From an uncultured Acidobacteriota bacterium (lineage in GTDB: Bacteria > Acidobacteriota > UBA6911): 64,000 bases of DNA. Location of the stretch: assembly GCA_963827655.1 (NCBI GenBank), contig CAWHCF010000008.1, forward strand, positions 160,001 to 224,000, in the 5' to 3' direction. The translations under genes and the position numbers were made by a program. Under the pieces are notes generated by a model that ran no database searches, was not told the origin of the DNA, and was given only the letters and a program-made list of their open reading frames with translations. How positions within the stretch are numbered: position 1 is the stretch's first letter; each line of letters starts with the position of its first letter. Positions 9,853 to 19,206 of the stretch are shown here, one piece after another.

Positions 9853-11280
9853 ATGATTCCCTGGGATAAGCTGAACGAAGAGTGCGGTGTCTTCGCTATT
9901 GTTTCTCATCCGGAGGCCGCCCGGCTCGCATATCTTGGAATCTATGCCCTCCAGCACAGGGGGCAGGAATCCGCCGGAATCGTGAGCTCGGACGGCAAGA
10001 AACTCCACCTCCAGCGCGGCATGGGCCATGTCGCCGATGTCTTCAACGAGAGCAGACTGGAACAGTTGCCGGGGGACTCCGCCATCGGACATGTGCGTTA
10101 TTCAACGGCGGGTGAAAGCGCCGCGATGAACGCTCAACCGATTCTTATCGACTGCTGGCGTGGCCCCATCGCGCTGGCGCACAATGGAAACCTGACCAAC
10201 GCGGCGCAACTCCGCCGTGAACTTGAGCGCGATGGAGCCATTTTTCATTCGACGAGCGACAGCGAGGTCATCCTCCACCTTCTCTCCCGTTCGAGACGGC
10301 GCACGCTGCTGGACGCGTTCATCGAAACGCTGCGCATCATCCAGGGAGCTTACTCGCTGGTAGTCTTGACTTCCGAGTATCTCCTGGTAGCCCGCGATCC
10401 CCACGGTTTCCGGCCTTTGTGCCTGGGGCGCGTGGATGGCCGTCAGGCGTTTGCATCGGAAACCTGTGCCTTTGATCTGATTGATGCCGAGTATATTCGA
10501 GACGTCCAGCCGGGAGAGGTACTGATGGTCGAGGACGATGCGCTTGAATCCAGTTTTCCCCTTCCCAGGGAAAACCCCGCTCACTGTGTCTTTGAGCATA
10601 TCTATTTCAGCCGGCCCGACAGTCTGGTGTTTGGACGGAGCGTGAACACCAGCAGGCACCGTCTGGGAAGATACCTGGCCCGAGAACATCCCGCGGATGC
10701 TGACGTCGTGGTTCCGGTCCCGGATTCGGGTGTATCCGCGGCGCTCGGCTACGCGCAGGAAAGCGGAATACCGCTCGAATTTGGTCTGATCCGGAACCAT
10801 TACGTGGGCCGAACTTTCATCGAGCCCAAACAATCGATCCGGAACTTCGGAGTCAAGGTCAAACTGAACCCGGTTCGGGAAATCCTGCGCGACAAGCGGG
10901 TCATCCTGGTCGATGATTCGATCGTGCGCGGCACCACGAGCAAGAAGATTGTCCACATTATTCGCGCCGTGGGGGCCAAGGAGATTCACGTGCGGATTAC
11001 GTCTCCTCCGATCATTGGTCCCTGCTACTACGGTATTGACACGCCGACAAAACGGGAGCTCATCGGTTCGACCAAATCGGTGAATGATATTCGGGAATTC
11101 ATCGGCGCCGACTCGCTCGGATACCTCAGCCTCGAGTCATTGCTCGAGGCGGTTGAAGATAAGAAGCAATTCTGTTCGGCCTGTTTTACCGATCGGTATC
11201 CGACCGATGTGGTCCATCAGGAGAGGCAGAAAGAGCTCTTCGGAAAGAACCTGGTAGAGTTGTCCACGTCGCTTTCTTGA
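9853..11280 (+). CDS. purF: Amidophosphoribosyltransferase
   Basis: Propeptide followed by ECGVF, QHRGQESAG, GHVRYST, VDDSIVRGTT, CSACF. Confidence 0.98.
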   Translation: MIPWDKLNEECGVFAIVSHPEAARLAYLGIYALQHRGQESAGIVSSDGKKLHLQRGMGHVADVFNESRLEQLPGDSAIGHVRYSTAGESAAMNAQPILIDCWRGPIALAHNGNLTNAAQLRRELERDGAIFHSTSDSEVILHLLSRSRRRTLLDAFIETLRIIQGAYSLVVLTSEYLLVARDPHGFRPLCLGRVDGRQAFASETCAFDLIDAEYIRDVQPGEVLMVEDDALESSFPLPRENPAHCVFEHIYFSRPDSLVFGRSVNTSRHRLGRYLAREHPADADVVVPVPDSGVSAALGYAQESGIPLEFGLIRNHYVGRTFIEPKQSIRNFGVKVKLNPVREILRDKRVILVDDSIVRGTTSKKIVHIIRAVGAKEIHVRITSPPIIGPCYYGIDTPTKRELIGSTKSVNDIREFIGADSLGYLSLESLLEAVEDKKQFCSACFTDRYPTDVVHQERQKELFGKNLVELSTSLS

Positions 11281-11324
11281 AGTGACTCCATCTACCACAA
11301 GACGCGAAGACCCCAGGGAATCCT

Positions 11325-12371
11325 ATGAGCAAGTCTTATTCTCGAGGCCTGACCTACGCCGATGCCGGAGTCAACATTGATGCGGCGGTCGAAGCGAAGA
11401 AGCGAATCAAGCGACTCGCGCGCGACACCTTCAGCCCAGGAGTCCTGACTGATATCGGGAGCTTCGGCGCCCTCTTCAAATTCGACAAGGAGGCATATGA
11501 AGAGCCGCTCCTGGTTTCGAGCTGTGACGGAGTAGGGACCAAGTTGAAGGTAGCGGCAATGACCGGCCGCCACAACACTGTCGGCTACGATCTCGTCTCC
11601 CATTGCGTCAGCGACATAATGGTTCAAGGCGCAAAACCTCTTTTTTTCCTGGACTATATTGCCTGCGGCAAGCTGGAACCCGATATCGTCGAACACATTA
11701 TTTCGGGGCTGGTTCGAGGATGCAAGGAGACCGGCTGCGCCCTGATCGGAGGTGAGACGGCTGAAATGCCCGATTTCTACGTCCCGGGCGAATACGATCT
11801 GGCAGGATTCATCGTGGGTGTGGTAGACCGAAAGAAAGTTGTAGACGGAACGAAGATCACACCAGGAGACCGCGTCCTTGGTCTGGCTTCGTTGGGACTC
11901 CACACCAACGGTTACTCGCTGGCACGAAGAATCTTCTTTGATCTTCTGGGGCACAAACCTGGCGATCTCGTTTCAAGCCTGCAGACTACCGTGGCAGAAA
12001 TCCTGCTGACGCCCCACCGGAATTATTTTCCACTCCTCGAGCCTCTTCTGAACACGTCGTGGCTCAAGGGGATGGCACACATCACCGGTGGGGGCATAAC
12101 CGAAAATCTTCCCCGGATCCTTCCGCCAGGGACTGCTGCGGCGATTCACAGAGGTGCCTGGCCCGTTCTTCCTGTGTTTGACTACCTCCGCAGCCTCGGA
12201 AACATCGACGAAGTCGAGATGTTTCGCACCTTCAATATGGGAATCGGCATGATCCTTGTAGTCTCCGCTGAGGACAGCAGGGTCGTCAGGGAAAATTTTG
12301 CCTTGCGTAACGAGCCTTGCTACGAGATTGGATCCATTGTAGCCGGGGACGGCAAGGTTCACTACGCTTAG
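11325..12371 (+). CDS. purM: AIR synthetase
   Basis: TYADAGVNI, DGVGTK, GGETAEMP, HITGGG, RTFNMGIG. Confidence 0.98.
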   Translation: MSKSYSRGLTYADAGVNIDAAVEAKKRIKRLARDTFSPGVLTDIGSFGALFKFDKEAYEEPLLVSSCDGVGTKLKVAAMTGRHNTVGYDLVSHCVSDIMVQGAKPLFFLDYIACGKLEPDIVEHIISGLVRGCKETGCALIGGETAEMPDFYVPGEYDLAGFIVGVVDRKKVVDGTKITPGDRVLGLASLGLHTNGYSLARRIFFDLLGHKPGDLVSSLQTTVAEILLTPHRNYFPLLEPLLNTSWLKGMAHITGGGITENLPRILPPGTAAAIHRGAWPVLPVFDYLRSLGNIDEVEMFRTFNMGIGMILVVSAEDSRVVRENFALRNEPCYEIGSIVAGDGKVHYA

Positions 12372-12431
12372 CGCGCGGTATTCGTACCCACCGCGTCGGA
12401 GACCCCCGGGGATTCGCAAAGATTCCAGGTA

Positions 12432-13025
12432 ATGAACGACAATCGCAGAATTGCAATCCTTCTTTCCGGACGGGGATCTAACTTCCTGGCCATCCATGAT
12501 GCCATAAAGCGCCGCGATCTCGACGCTGAGATATGCTGCGTCATAAGCAATGTCGAGACTGCTCCGGGGCTGGTGCGCGCCCGCGAACTGGGCCTGGTTT
12601 CGCTGTGGTTGTCTTCCCGGGGTATGGCCCGCCCTGAATACGATCGGCTTCTGCTTGCAAACCTGAGGCCCTATCAACCGGCGCTCGTTTGCTTGGCTGG
12701 ATTCATGCGTATCCTCGGGGCCGAGTTCTTGAAGGAGTATCAGGGTAGAGTCTTGAACATCCATCCGTCCCTGCTACCATCATTCCCAGGGCTTCATGCG
12801 CAGCGGCAGGCCCTCCAACACGGAGTCGGTATTACGGGGTGCACCGTCCACGTCGTGGATGAAGGAGTCGATACTGGGCCCATCCTCATCCAGCGGGCCG
12901 TCCAGGTCCGGGAGGGTGACACGGAGGATTCCCTTTCGTCCAGGATTCTGGAGCAGGAACACTCCATCTATTGGCGTGCCATCGCCCTCGTCCTGGATCG
13001 GAATTCGGTGAACGGAATTCGGTGA
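12432..13025 (+). CDS. purN: GAR transformylase
   Basis: LSGRGSN, LAGFMRIL, NIHPSLLP, DEGVDTGP. Confidence 0.97.
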   Translation: MNDNRRIAILLSGRGSNFLAIHDAIKRRDLDAEICCVISNVETAPGLVRARELGLVSLWLSSRGMARPEYDRLLLANLRPYQPALVCLAGFMRILGAEFLKEYQGRVLNIHPSLLPSFPGLHAQRQALQHGVGITGCTVHVVDEGVDTGPILIQRAVQVREGDTEDSLSSRILEQEHSIYWRAIALVLDRNSVNGIR

Positions 13026-13110
13026 CAGGCACCGCTTTTCACATAAGCCTTTCACGATTATATTCCGGCATATGGCTGGCTAAATAGCAAAGGGGTGCCT
13101 GTCACCGGAG
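13000..13110. repeat. Short inverted-repeat (REP/MITE-like) element, copy B
   Basis: Perfect 14-bp IR: CGGTGACAGGCACC (13020-13033) and GGTGCCTGTCACCG (13094-13107). Confidence 0.65.
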
Positions 13111-13125
13111 TTTTCAGAGGTGGAG

Positions 13126-14343
13126 ATGAAAAGCGCTGTGGAGCAGCTTGAGTGCCTGCAGAGGGGAGCTGTAGAAATAATCAGCCCGGAAGAGGCGCTG
13201 AAGAAACTGGAGGGTTCGATCCGGGCAAGCAAGCCCCTGACGGTAAAGGTCGGTTTCGATCCTACCGCTCCCGATCTGCACCTGGGCCACGCCGTTCTGC
13301 TGCGCAAGATGAAACACTTCCAGGACCTGGGCCACCGGGTCATTTTTCTGGTCGGGAGTTTCACGGCCCTCATCGGCGATCCCTCCGGGCGCTCCAAGAC
13401 CCGGCCCGCCCTGACCCAGGAGCAGATCGATGCGAATGCAGAGACGTTCAAGAACCAGGTATTCAAGATCCTGGACCCCGACAAGACGGTCATAGATTTC
13501 AACAGCCGGTGGTTCGGGGCGCTCACTTCCACGGACTGGGTCCGGCTTTGCTCCCGCTATACCGTGGCGCGGATGCTCGAGCGCGACGATTTCACAAACC
13601 GAATGCAGTCCAATCAGCCGATCTCGATCCACGAGCTCTTGTACCCGCTGGTTCAGGCATTTGATTCCGTGGCTCTCAAGGCCGACTTCGAGCTGGGCGG
13701 CACTGATCAGAAGTTCAATCTTCTGGTAGGGCGCGATATCATGCGAGAGTACGGTCTTGAGCCTCAGGTGATCCTCACCACACCGCTGCTCGAGGGCCTC
13801 GATGGCGTCGAGAAAATGAGCAAGTCGCTCGGAAACTACATCGGTTTCAACGACGCTCCGGAAGAAATCTATGGGAAAGTAATGTCGATTTCTGATTCTC
13901 TGATGTTCCGTTACTGGGAACTGCTTACGGAAATTCCGCTGGCTGACCTTCAACGAATGAAAAAGGAGGTGGAGTCGGGAGAACTCCACCCCATGACTGC
14001 CAAAGGCAATCTGGCGAAACGGCTGGTAGAGGAATTCCACGGAACAACGGCGTCTGTTCAGGCTGCGGAACACTTCGCGCGCGTCCACCAGCGCGGCGAA
14101 CTCCCGGAAGCGATGCCCGAGTTCACACTTCCACGCGGCCAGGATTCGATGGGCCTGGTTGACGTGCTTGTGCGCTGCGGTTTGGCGCCGTCCAAGACTG
14201 AAGCGCGGCGACTGGTCAAGGCAGGAGCGGTTTCGATCAACGGCGAAAAGATCACCGAAGTAACCGCGTCAATCCCCGAACACCTCTCGGAATTCGTACT
14301 GCGCTGCGGCAAACTGCGCTTCTGCCATGTGAGGTTCGTATGA
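13126..14343 (+). CDS. tyrS: Tyrosine--tRNA ligase
   Basis: [13 protein letters not shown] (HIGH), KMSKS and a C-terminal S4 domain. Confidence 0.98.
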   Translation: MKSAVEQLECLQRGAVEIISPEEALKKLEGSIRASKPLTVKVGFDPTAPDLHLGHAVLLRKMKHFQDLGHRVIFLVGSFTALIGDPSGRSKTRPALTQEQIDANAETFKNQVFKILDPDKTVIDFNSRWFGALTSTDWVRLCSRYTVARMLERDDFTNRMQSNQPISIHELLYPLVQAFDSVALKADFELGGTDQKFNLLVGRDIMREYGLEPQVILTTPLLEGLDGVEKMSKSLGNYIGFNDAPEEIYGKVMSISDSLMFRYWELLTEIPLADLQRMKKEVESGELHPMTAKGNLAKRLVEEFHGTTASVQAAEHFARVHQRGELPEAMPEFTLPRGQDSMGLVDVLVRCGLAPSKTEARRLVKAGAVSINGEKITEVTASIPEHLSEFVLRCGKLRFCHVRFV

Positions 14344-15428
14344 GACCGCAAAAGGTACGGTCTCGCTCGAGAACTTCGCGGCGAGAGATTCTGCGCGCCC
14401 CCAGCCTGCGGCGGCCGTTGCAGAACACGGGGCCGGTGTTTGATATGGCCGGTTCCGGCGGGTACTACCTGCGGATAAGCCGTCGAGCCATGGCGTGCCA
14501 ATTCGAAGTCTTCCTCCGCCCACAAGATCGTTCGTTTGTGGCGGCGGTACACGAGGCTCTGGATGAAGTGGATCGACTTGAGGCCCAGATGACGGTCTAT
14601 CGGGAGGACAGCGAGTTGAGTCGTCTCAACCGCACGGCGTTCCTGTCCCCGGTTGCCGTGGAGGAGCGATTGTACCTCTTGCTGCGTTTTGCCTCGGGCC
14701 TAGGTAAAGAAACCGGCGGAGCCTTTGACATTACGGCGGGGCCTTTGATTCGCTGTTGGGGTTTTTTTGAGCGGAAGGGAAGACTCCCCAACGACGAGGA
14801 ATTACGCGCGGCCCGAGAGGTCACCGGTTGGGACAAAGTCACTTTCGACGATGCCGCCCGCTCCGTTTCGTTTTGCCGCCAGGGAGTGGAGCTGAACCTC
14901 GGCTCGATCGGCAAAGGATATGCGTTGGATCGGGCGGCAGAACGACTCCGAAAGGCGGGGCTTCGGGATTTTCTGATTCACGCCGGGCATAGCAGCGTTC
15001 TCGCATTCGGAGACTCCAACAGGGGACCGGGGTGGGAAATCAGTATTCGCGATCCTCAGGTTCTGCAGGGTGACCTGGGCTCGTTCTCTCTACTGGATCA
15101 GGGAATGTCAACCTCGGGTGTGGGAGAACAATTCTTTACCGCGAACGGACAGCGCTTCGGACATATCCTTGATCCTCGTTCGGGGCGGCCCGGTATGGGA
15201 AATCTCCTCTGCTCGGTCGTGGCGGCGACGGCCGCCCGTGCCGAGGCTCTCTCGACGGCCTTTTTCGTTATGGACCCCGGGGAGGTTCAGAGTTATTGTG
15301 AGGCACATCCTCAAGTTGGTACTATAGTGCTTCCAGCTTCCTCGACGGAGGAAGGCGAAGCGAGTAATTCCCGTCCGGCTCCCCTCTGCTGGGGAGTGAC
15401 ATTGCGGCAAACAGGGGTGTGGAGTTGA
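14340..15428 (+). CDS. apbE: FAD:protein FMN transferase (ApbE family)
   Basis: [36 protein letters not shown]; start codon overlaps the tyrS stop. Confidence 0.9.
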   Translation: MRPQKVRSRSRTSRREILRAPSLRRPLQNTGPVFDMAGSGGYYLRISRRAMACQFEVFLRPQDRSFVAAVHEALDEVDRLEAQMTVYREDSELSRLNRTAFLSPVAVEERLYLLLRFASGLGKETGGAFDITAGPLIRCWGFFERKGRLPNDEELRAAREVTGWDKVTFDDAARSVSFCRQGVELNLGSIGKGYALDRAAERLRKAGLRDFLIHAGHSSVLAFGDSNRGPGWEISIRDPQVLQGDLGSFSLLDQGMSTSGVGEQFFTANGQRFGHILDPRSGRPGMGNLLCSVVAATAARAEALSTAFFVMDPGEVQSYCEAHPQVGTIVLPASSTEEGEASNSRPAPLCWGVTLRQTGVWS

Positions 15429-15994
15429 TTCGAAGTGACTTTTTGACCGGCTGGCAACAGTTCCTGCTGGTTCTCTTTCGTTTCAGTGTCGGCTGGCATC
15501 TCTTTTACCAGGGAATGGGAAAAATGCGGGTTGCGCACTGGTCCTCAGGGGACTATCTGCGAACGGCGACGGGTCCCCTGGGACCGTGGTTTCAGAAACT
15601 GTCTCAGGAATCCTGGTGGCTGGGCATGGCGGATCAGGCCACGGTTTGGGGTCTGGTGATCCTTGGATTGCTTTTGATGGTTGGGCTGTTCACACGCACC
15701 GCCTCGTTAGCAGCCATCTTGCTCCTGCTGCTTTTTTATCTGGCTCATCCCCCTTTTCCCATACATGGGTTTGCCCCTATCACGCCGCAAGGGTTTGAGC
15801 TTTATGTGAACCAGGTGTTGATCGAGATCCTTGCGCTGAGCGTCGGGTTGGCCTTCAATACAGGAAAAATATCCGGACTGGACCTGCTGATTCACAATTG
15901 GATCCGCGGGAGAAGGTCGGAGCGCCACACCAGAGCCCAGGTCGCAGCAGCGCTTCGAAAACCTCACGACGAAATAGTGGAGAGATGGCAATGA
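15419..15994 (+). CDS. DoxX/DoxD-family membrane protein
   Basis: RFSVGWHLFYQG..K, GLLLMVGLFTR and GLD motifs; about 4 TM helices. Confidence 0.85.
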   Translation: MELIRSDFLTGWQQFLLVLFRFSVGWHLFYQGMGKMRVAHWSSGDYLRTATGPLGPWFQKLSQESWWLGMADQATVWGLVILGLLLMVGLFTRTASLAAILLLLLFYLAHPPFPIHGFAPITPQGFELYVNQVLIEILALSVGLAFNTGKISGLDLLIHNWIRGRRSERHTRAQVAAALRKPHDEIVERWQ

Positions 15995-17265
15995 CCGAAC
16001 AGGAGAAACAACTCGGCCGCCGCAACTTTATGAAGGCCGTAGCAACTCTTCCGGCCGCGGGAGCACTGCTTTGGAAGTCGAGTTCGATCCAGCCGGTGCG
16101 AGCTGGAATCATCGGCCCGGGAGGGCAGGGCCGGGTTTTGATGGAGAACAGCAACCCCAATTTTCTAAAGCTGGTGGCCGTGTGCGATATCTATCCGCCT
16201 AATCTGGAGAAAGGATTGGAAATCGCTCGCAAGAACCACGATGCCAATGCGCAAGGGTATTCCGACTATCGCCAGCTCCTGGAGCGCAAGGATATCGAGG
16301 CAGTTCTGATTGCGGTTCCGCTGTGGGCCCACGGGCCCATTGCGGTCGAGGCGCTTCAGGCCGGGAAGCACGTCCTCTGCGAAAAGACGATGGCCTACAC
16401 CGTCGAAGACTGCAAGAAGATGATCCAGGCGGCGCGTACGGCCCGGCGCAATCTACAGATCGGTCATCAGCGTGCCTACAGCCCGCTTTACCACGAGGCG
16501 TACCAGCTCATCAATGAAGGAACCATCGGGGAGATCTACCATGTTCGAGCCCTGTGGCACCGCAACGGAGATTGGCGTCGCAAACCTGCGGACCCCAAAT
16601 TCGACCCGTCGCCGTGGGGTTACCCGAGCATCGAGCATCTGACCAACTGGAGACTTTACTCGAAGTATTCTCACGGCATGATGGCCGAGCTCTGCAGCCA
16701 TCAGGTTCATGTCGTCAACTGGTTCACGGGTGCTGCGCCGCAAGCCGTGGTGGGAAGCGGAGGGATACACCGATACAAGGACGGACGCGAGGTCAACGAC
16801 CATATCTATACCATCTTCGAGTATCCCAAGAACCTCACCCTCACCTATTCCGCGATTCAATCCAACGCGTTCGATCACTATTACGAAGAGTTCATGGGAA
16901 CAAAGGGGACCATTATTCTGGGCGGCGAGACCGAGGCGTTGCTGTTCATGGAGGGACAGCGCGGCAAGCCCTCGGAGCTGACCGTAACTGCGGAGACCGG
17001 AGGTCCCGTGATGCAGGCCTCCGAGAGCCGGAGCAGAGATGCAGCCGGCAGTTCCGTCGCGGGCGCGGGCTCGAGTGGTTTTAGCGCCGTGAGCGCTTAC
17101 AAGCTCGAGATCGAAGGGTTTGCCCGGACGATACGCAACGGGGAGCCAAACCTCTGCGACGGCGAAACAGGTCTTAAGGCGGCCACAGCGATTCTTAAAG
17201 CGGATGAGGCGATCGCTCAAAATCGCAAGCTCGAAATAGGACGCGACCTGTACACGCAAGCCTAG
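15991..17265 (+). CDS. Tat-exported Gfo/Idh/MocA NAD(P)-dependent oxidoreductase
   Basis: RRNFMK twin-arginine signal, GIIGPGGQG Rossmann motif, AGKHVLCEK. Confidence 0.9.
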   Translation: MTEQEKQLGRRNFMKAVATLPAAGALLWKSSSIQPVRAGIIGPGGQGRVLMENSNPNFLKLVAVCDIYPPNLEKGLEIARKNHDANAQGYSDYRQLLERKDIEAVLIAVPLWAHGPIAVEALQAGKHVLCEKTMAYTVEDCKKMIQAARTARRNLQIGHQRAYSPLYHEAYQLINEGTIGEIYHVRALWHRNGDWRRKPADPKFDPSPWGYPSIEHLTNWRLYSKYSHGMMAELCSHQVHVVNWFTGAAPQAVVGSGGIHRYKDGREVNDHIYTIFEYPKNLTLTYSAIQSNAFDHYYEEFMGTKGTIILGGETEALLFMEGQRGKPSELTVTAETGGPVMQASESRSRDAAGSSVAGAGSSGFSAVSAYKLEIEGFARTIRNGEPNLCDGETGLKAATAILKADEAIAQNRKLEIGRDLYTQA

Positions 17266-17319
17266 TTTGCATTCCCGAATCGTAGCGGTTTAAGGCAAGT
17301 GCGTGTCAATCCCTATGAG

Positions 17320-18656
17320 TCAGCGTGAAGTCGAGCCAACCGCTATCAGCTGCCGGTCACCGCGGATAAAGATTCTCCCGTTGGAAAACGCGGGCGATCC
17401 AAGCACTCGCACCCCGAGCTTGTTCCGGGCCAGAACCTCAGGTGTCCGGCCTCCGCGCAGAACCAGAGTTTCGCCGTTCTCGCCAAACAGGTAGATCTTC
17501 CCGTCGGCGACCACCGGCGACGCGCTGTATATGCCACCCAGCCGCTCGCGCCACACCCGCTCGCCGGTCCTGGCGTCGGTGCAGGTGACGATACCCATCT
17601 CCGACGCCATATACAGCAGTCCGTTGTCGTAGACCAGCGAGGATGTGTAGGGCGCGCCGGTTTCGACGTGCCAGAGGAGTTTGCTCTTAGGGATATCGCC
17701 CCTCTGACCGGCGCGCAGCGCCATATAGGGGCCGCTGCGATAACCCCTGCTTATGTACAGCACGCCTTCGTGATAAACCGGCATGGGGACGGCGAAGCGT
17801 GTAGGCTCCACGTATTTCCAGAGCGACTTGCCGGTGGCCGGATCGAACGCCTCGACGTTCTCGCTCGAGTTCACTATCAACTCGGGACCTTGCGGGGTCT
17901 CGATCACCAGCGGCGTGCTGTACGACTTCAGGTTCTGTCCCTGATCGACCTTCCACAGCTCTTTGCCTGTTCTTTTGTCGAGCGCCAGAAGATAGGACGA
18001 AGTCCGCTGATAGCACACCAGGATCAAGCGGTCGCGGTACAGCACAGGCGAGCTGGAGTGACCCCAATCGAGATCGAATACTGAGTACTCCTTCCCGAGA
18101 TGCCGTACCCACACCGCTTTTCCGTTCATATCGAGGGCGGCTATCTGGCCGTTGCTGAACCACGCGTACCAAAGCTCGCCGTCGGTCACAGGACTGGAAG
18201 TTGCCAGGTTGCGTTTCTCGTGCACCTCGGGTGGTTCGCCTTCTACGTCCAGCTTGTATTCCCAGAGCTTGTGTCCGTCGGCAGCGCGGTAAGCCGCCAC
18301 GACGAAGACAATCTTATCGTCCCGACTCTGGGCCCGGGCTCCTCCCAGCGGTGTTTCGCCCAGCTCGGCGGGGTTTCCTTCCTGGACGAAGGTCGGATGT
18401 CGTCCTTGCCGCAGCGCACTCGCGCCGGTCTGATAGGTCACGATCAGGCGGTCGCCCCACACCACCGGCGACGAGACCCCGAGGCCGCCCAGTTCCGCTC
18501 GCCAGGCGATGTTCTTTTCGCTGCTCCATTCCGTAAGAAGGCCCTTCTCCGGCGACACGCCGGTTCCCGACGGTCCTCGCCACTGCGGCCAGTTCTCGGC
18601 CCGAAGGAGCGGAATGAACAGGCAAGAAAAACCAGTACGGTACGGATGATCCTCAC
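17320..18656 (-). CDS. PQQ-like beta-propeller protein (frameshift in signal peptide)
   Basis: ENWPQWRGP and repeated SSPV..W blades. GTG 18656 with RBS AAGGGGG gives MRIIRTVLVFLA, which needs one extra base near 18621 to join the main frame. Confidence 0.8.
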
Positions 18657-18734
18657 TGGCTATCCCCCTTACTATGTGATCGAGTTCCGTCATCTGCCGA
18701 GCCACCTCGGGCTCCGGCGGTACCCAAATTGAAA

Positions 18735-19028
18735 TCAGGGTTCGTAATCGACCACTATCACGCTTTCAAGAATGGGACGGACGTGCTGCGCCACTACACG
18801 CTGATGTTCAGGGTGGGCAATATAGGTCTCCAAGTCCTTTGGTGATCGGACTCTTACCAGAAGACCGTGCGTGAATCCCTGGTTCCGGACGCTCGTATTC
18901 GCCCCGCAGGTGAGTTCCTGTATTTCAGGTATGAGCCCCTTCAGTTTTTTTAGCTCCTGAATCATGGTAGCCGCATCCGCGGGCGTTGCTTCAGCTTTGA
19001 CCTTGAATAAAACCATGTGCTCGATCAC
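18735..19028 (-). CDS. Dabb (stress-responsive alpha/beta barrel) protein
   Basis: MIEHMVLFK..IPEI..GFTHGL..YIAHPEH..VVDY. Confidence 0.9.
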   Translation of the reverse strand: MIEHMVLFKVKAEATPADAATMIQELKKLKGLIPEIQELTCGANTSVRNQGFTHGLLVRVRSPKDLETYIAHPEHQRVVAQHVRPILESVIVVDYEP

Positions 19029-19206
19029 AAATCACGCTCCATTTTGGAGCGAACATGATAGCGCTGTTATGTGTGTGAAAGCATCTGTTTTTGCCTGCAT
19101 GGGGTTTCTTTGCTGCAAACCGGTGACCGATTTGCTAACCTCCGCTCATTCTGCATCGAAGGACGTTAGCATGAGCGGAGTTCTGCGCTCATCGGAGAGG
19201 AAGGTT

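Noticed and set aside
13026-13125. Possible T-box upstream of tyrS
   Set aside because: The gap is too short, lacks the GGTGG.ACC T-box motif and is occupied by the inverted-repeat element.
13114-14088. 324-aa minus-strand ORF, and similar long antisense ORFs over purQ, purL, purF and purM
   Set aside because: They fully overlap well-supported housekeeping genes on the other strand.
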